A stretch of 64,000 nt of DNA from assembly GCF_009914755.1 (NCBI RefSeq), contig NC_060933.1; one strand, 5' to 3'. Below the pieces are notes generated by a model that did no database searches, was not told the origin of the DNA, and saw nothing but the letters and a program-made list of their open reading frames with translations. The translations under genes and the position numbers were made by a program. Origin of the DNA: the human T2T-CHM13v2.0 reference genome, Homo sapiens. Below, in pieces: positions 62,970 to 64,000 of this stretch; within the stretch, counting starts at the first letter, position 1; the number at the start of each line of letters is the position of its first letter.

Positions 62970-63253
62970 TCCCAGTACTTGGTCAACATTATTCTGTGGT
63001 ATTTTTCAGATGAAATTAGCATTTAAGCCAGTATACTTTTAGTAAAGCAGATTATGCTCCATAATGTGGGTGGGTCTCATCCAATCAGTTGAAGGCCTTA
63101 AAGGAAGAAATACTGACCTCCCAGGGGAAGAGGGAATTCTGCCCCTGGACTCAAGCCACTCTTCCTTGGATTCTAGCCTCTGTAATCACACGAGACAATT
63201 CTGGACATCTCCTCCTCTCTTTTCTGTTTCTCTGGAAAACCCTGACTAATGCA
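62970..63253 (+). mobile_element. MLT2 (D-like) LTR fragment
   Basis: ataatgtgggtgggtctcatccaatcagttgaaggcc...ttctgtttctctggaaaaccctgactaatgca. Confidence 0.8.
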
Positions 63254-63605
63254 ATTCTTGTTAAGCTGCTTTTAAGAAGTGTGAAGAAAATATTAAAAAG
63301 ATGTAACTAAGAATTTTGAGTGGACGATCTAATTATTTCACACTGGCTGAGATCTCCCTGATGTTGACATTGCAATGACACCGTGCACTTCTTGGGGTAA
63401 GAAAAAGTGCAGTCTCAGTGTCCCTCCCACTAAATAGGAAGGCAAATTGCCATTTCCCGAAAAGTCCAGAATAGTAAGTAGGTTGACGAGTAACTCTTGA
63501 AGTTACATAAGACAAATCAGTTGCAACAGAGGATCATAAACCCCTCGTGTACGGAAGGAAAACAAGTTTGTCAATGTGCAAACTGTAAGTCTAAGTTCCT
63601 ACTTC

Positions 63606-64000
63606 TGTAAAAAGTAGAGTTTCCTCTTCAAAGACTTTCCTTCCCATCTCATTAGAAATAAATAGTAACTTCTCTTAGAAGCAAAATTTATTCAAAGACC
63701 CGTGCTAACATTCTTAAATATCTGCTAGCCCTAATAAAGAAATCAATGTACTTTATGTTCTTAGCTCCCACAATTTAGCCTAAATATTTGCCCTGGCATG
63801 CTTATACTAGTCCAAGCAAGCTTTAGGTCATTGCCTGTTCCTCTTCTTTACTCGAAGGTGTTTTTACTTTTTTCAGCATTCCACAAGTTACTTCCTCCTT
63901 CCTTTGTTCTCCTCTGCCTTTTCCTCTTTAAAAAAGTTCTAAGTTGCTAGCCAATCAGGACAAATACAGAATGTGAGGTCCCGTTCCAGCCACTGGAAAC
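63606..64000 (+). mobile_element. ERV1 LTR (LTR10C-like), runs past the window end
   Basis: tgtaaaaagtagagtttcctcttcaaagactttcc...gctagccaatcaggacaaatacagaatg; subfamily name from recall. Confidence 0.7.

Overview
Human (L1HS-Ta1-bearing) subtelomeric segmental-duplication DNA, about half transposon-derived, with no intact protein-coding gene visible. From left to right: an Alu-dense cluster holding a tandemly duplicated CpG-rich unit (CTCF motif plus splice donor); a degenerate internal (TTAGGG)n tract; an old L1 with nested L1PA, MST and Alu insertions; an ERV1 LTR and pol remnant that abuts a 4-exon TUBB8-family beta-tubulin pseudogene (ACG start and a 2-bp insertion in exon 1, exons 2-4 open); a tail-to-tail unprocessed FAM166A/CIMIP2A pseudogene; antisense L1s including a young L1HS Ta-1; an unexplained ~200-bp inverted repeat; and a GC-rich block with a probable minus-strand lncRNA, a purine tract and MLT/LTR10-like elements. 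The layout fits the 9q34.3 TUBBP5 region, but that is recall and was not verified by search. Repeat subfamily names are by-eye calls and boundaries are approximate. I found no convincing wholly new system; the best leads are the splice-bypass potential of the tubulin pseudogene, the ERV/promoter junction, the donor-multiplying 51-bp repeat and the inverted repeat.
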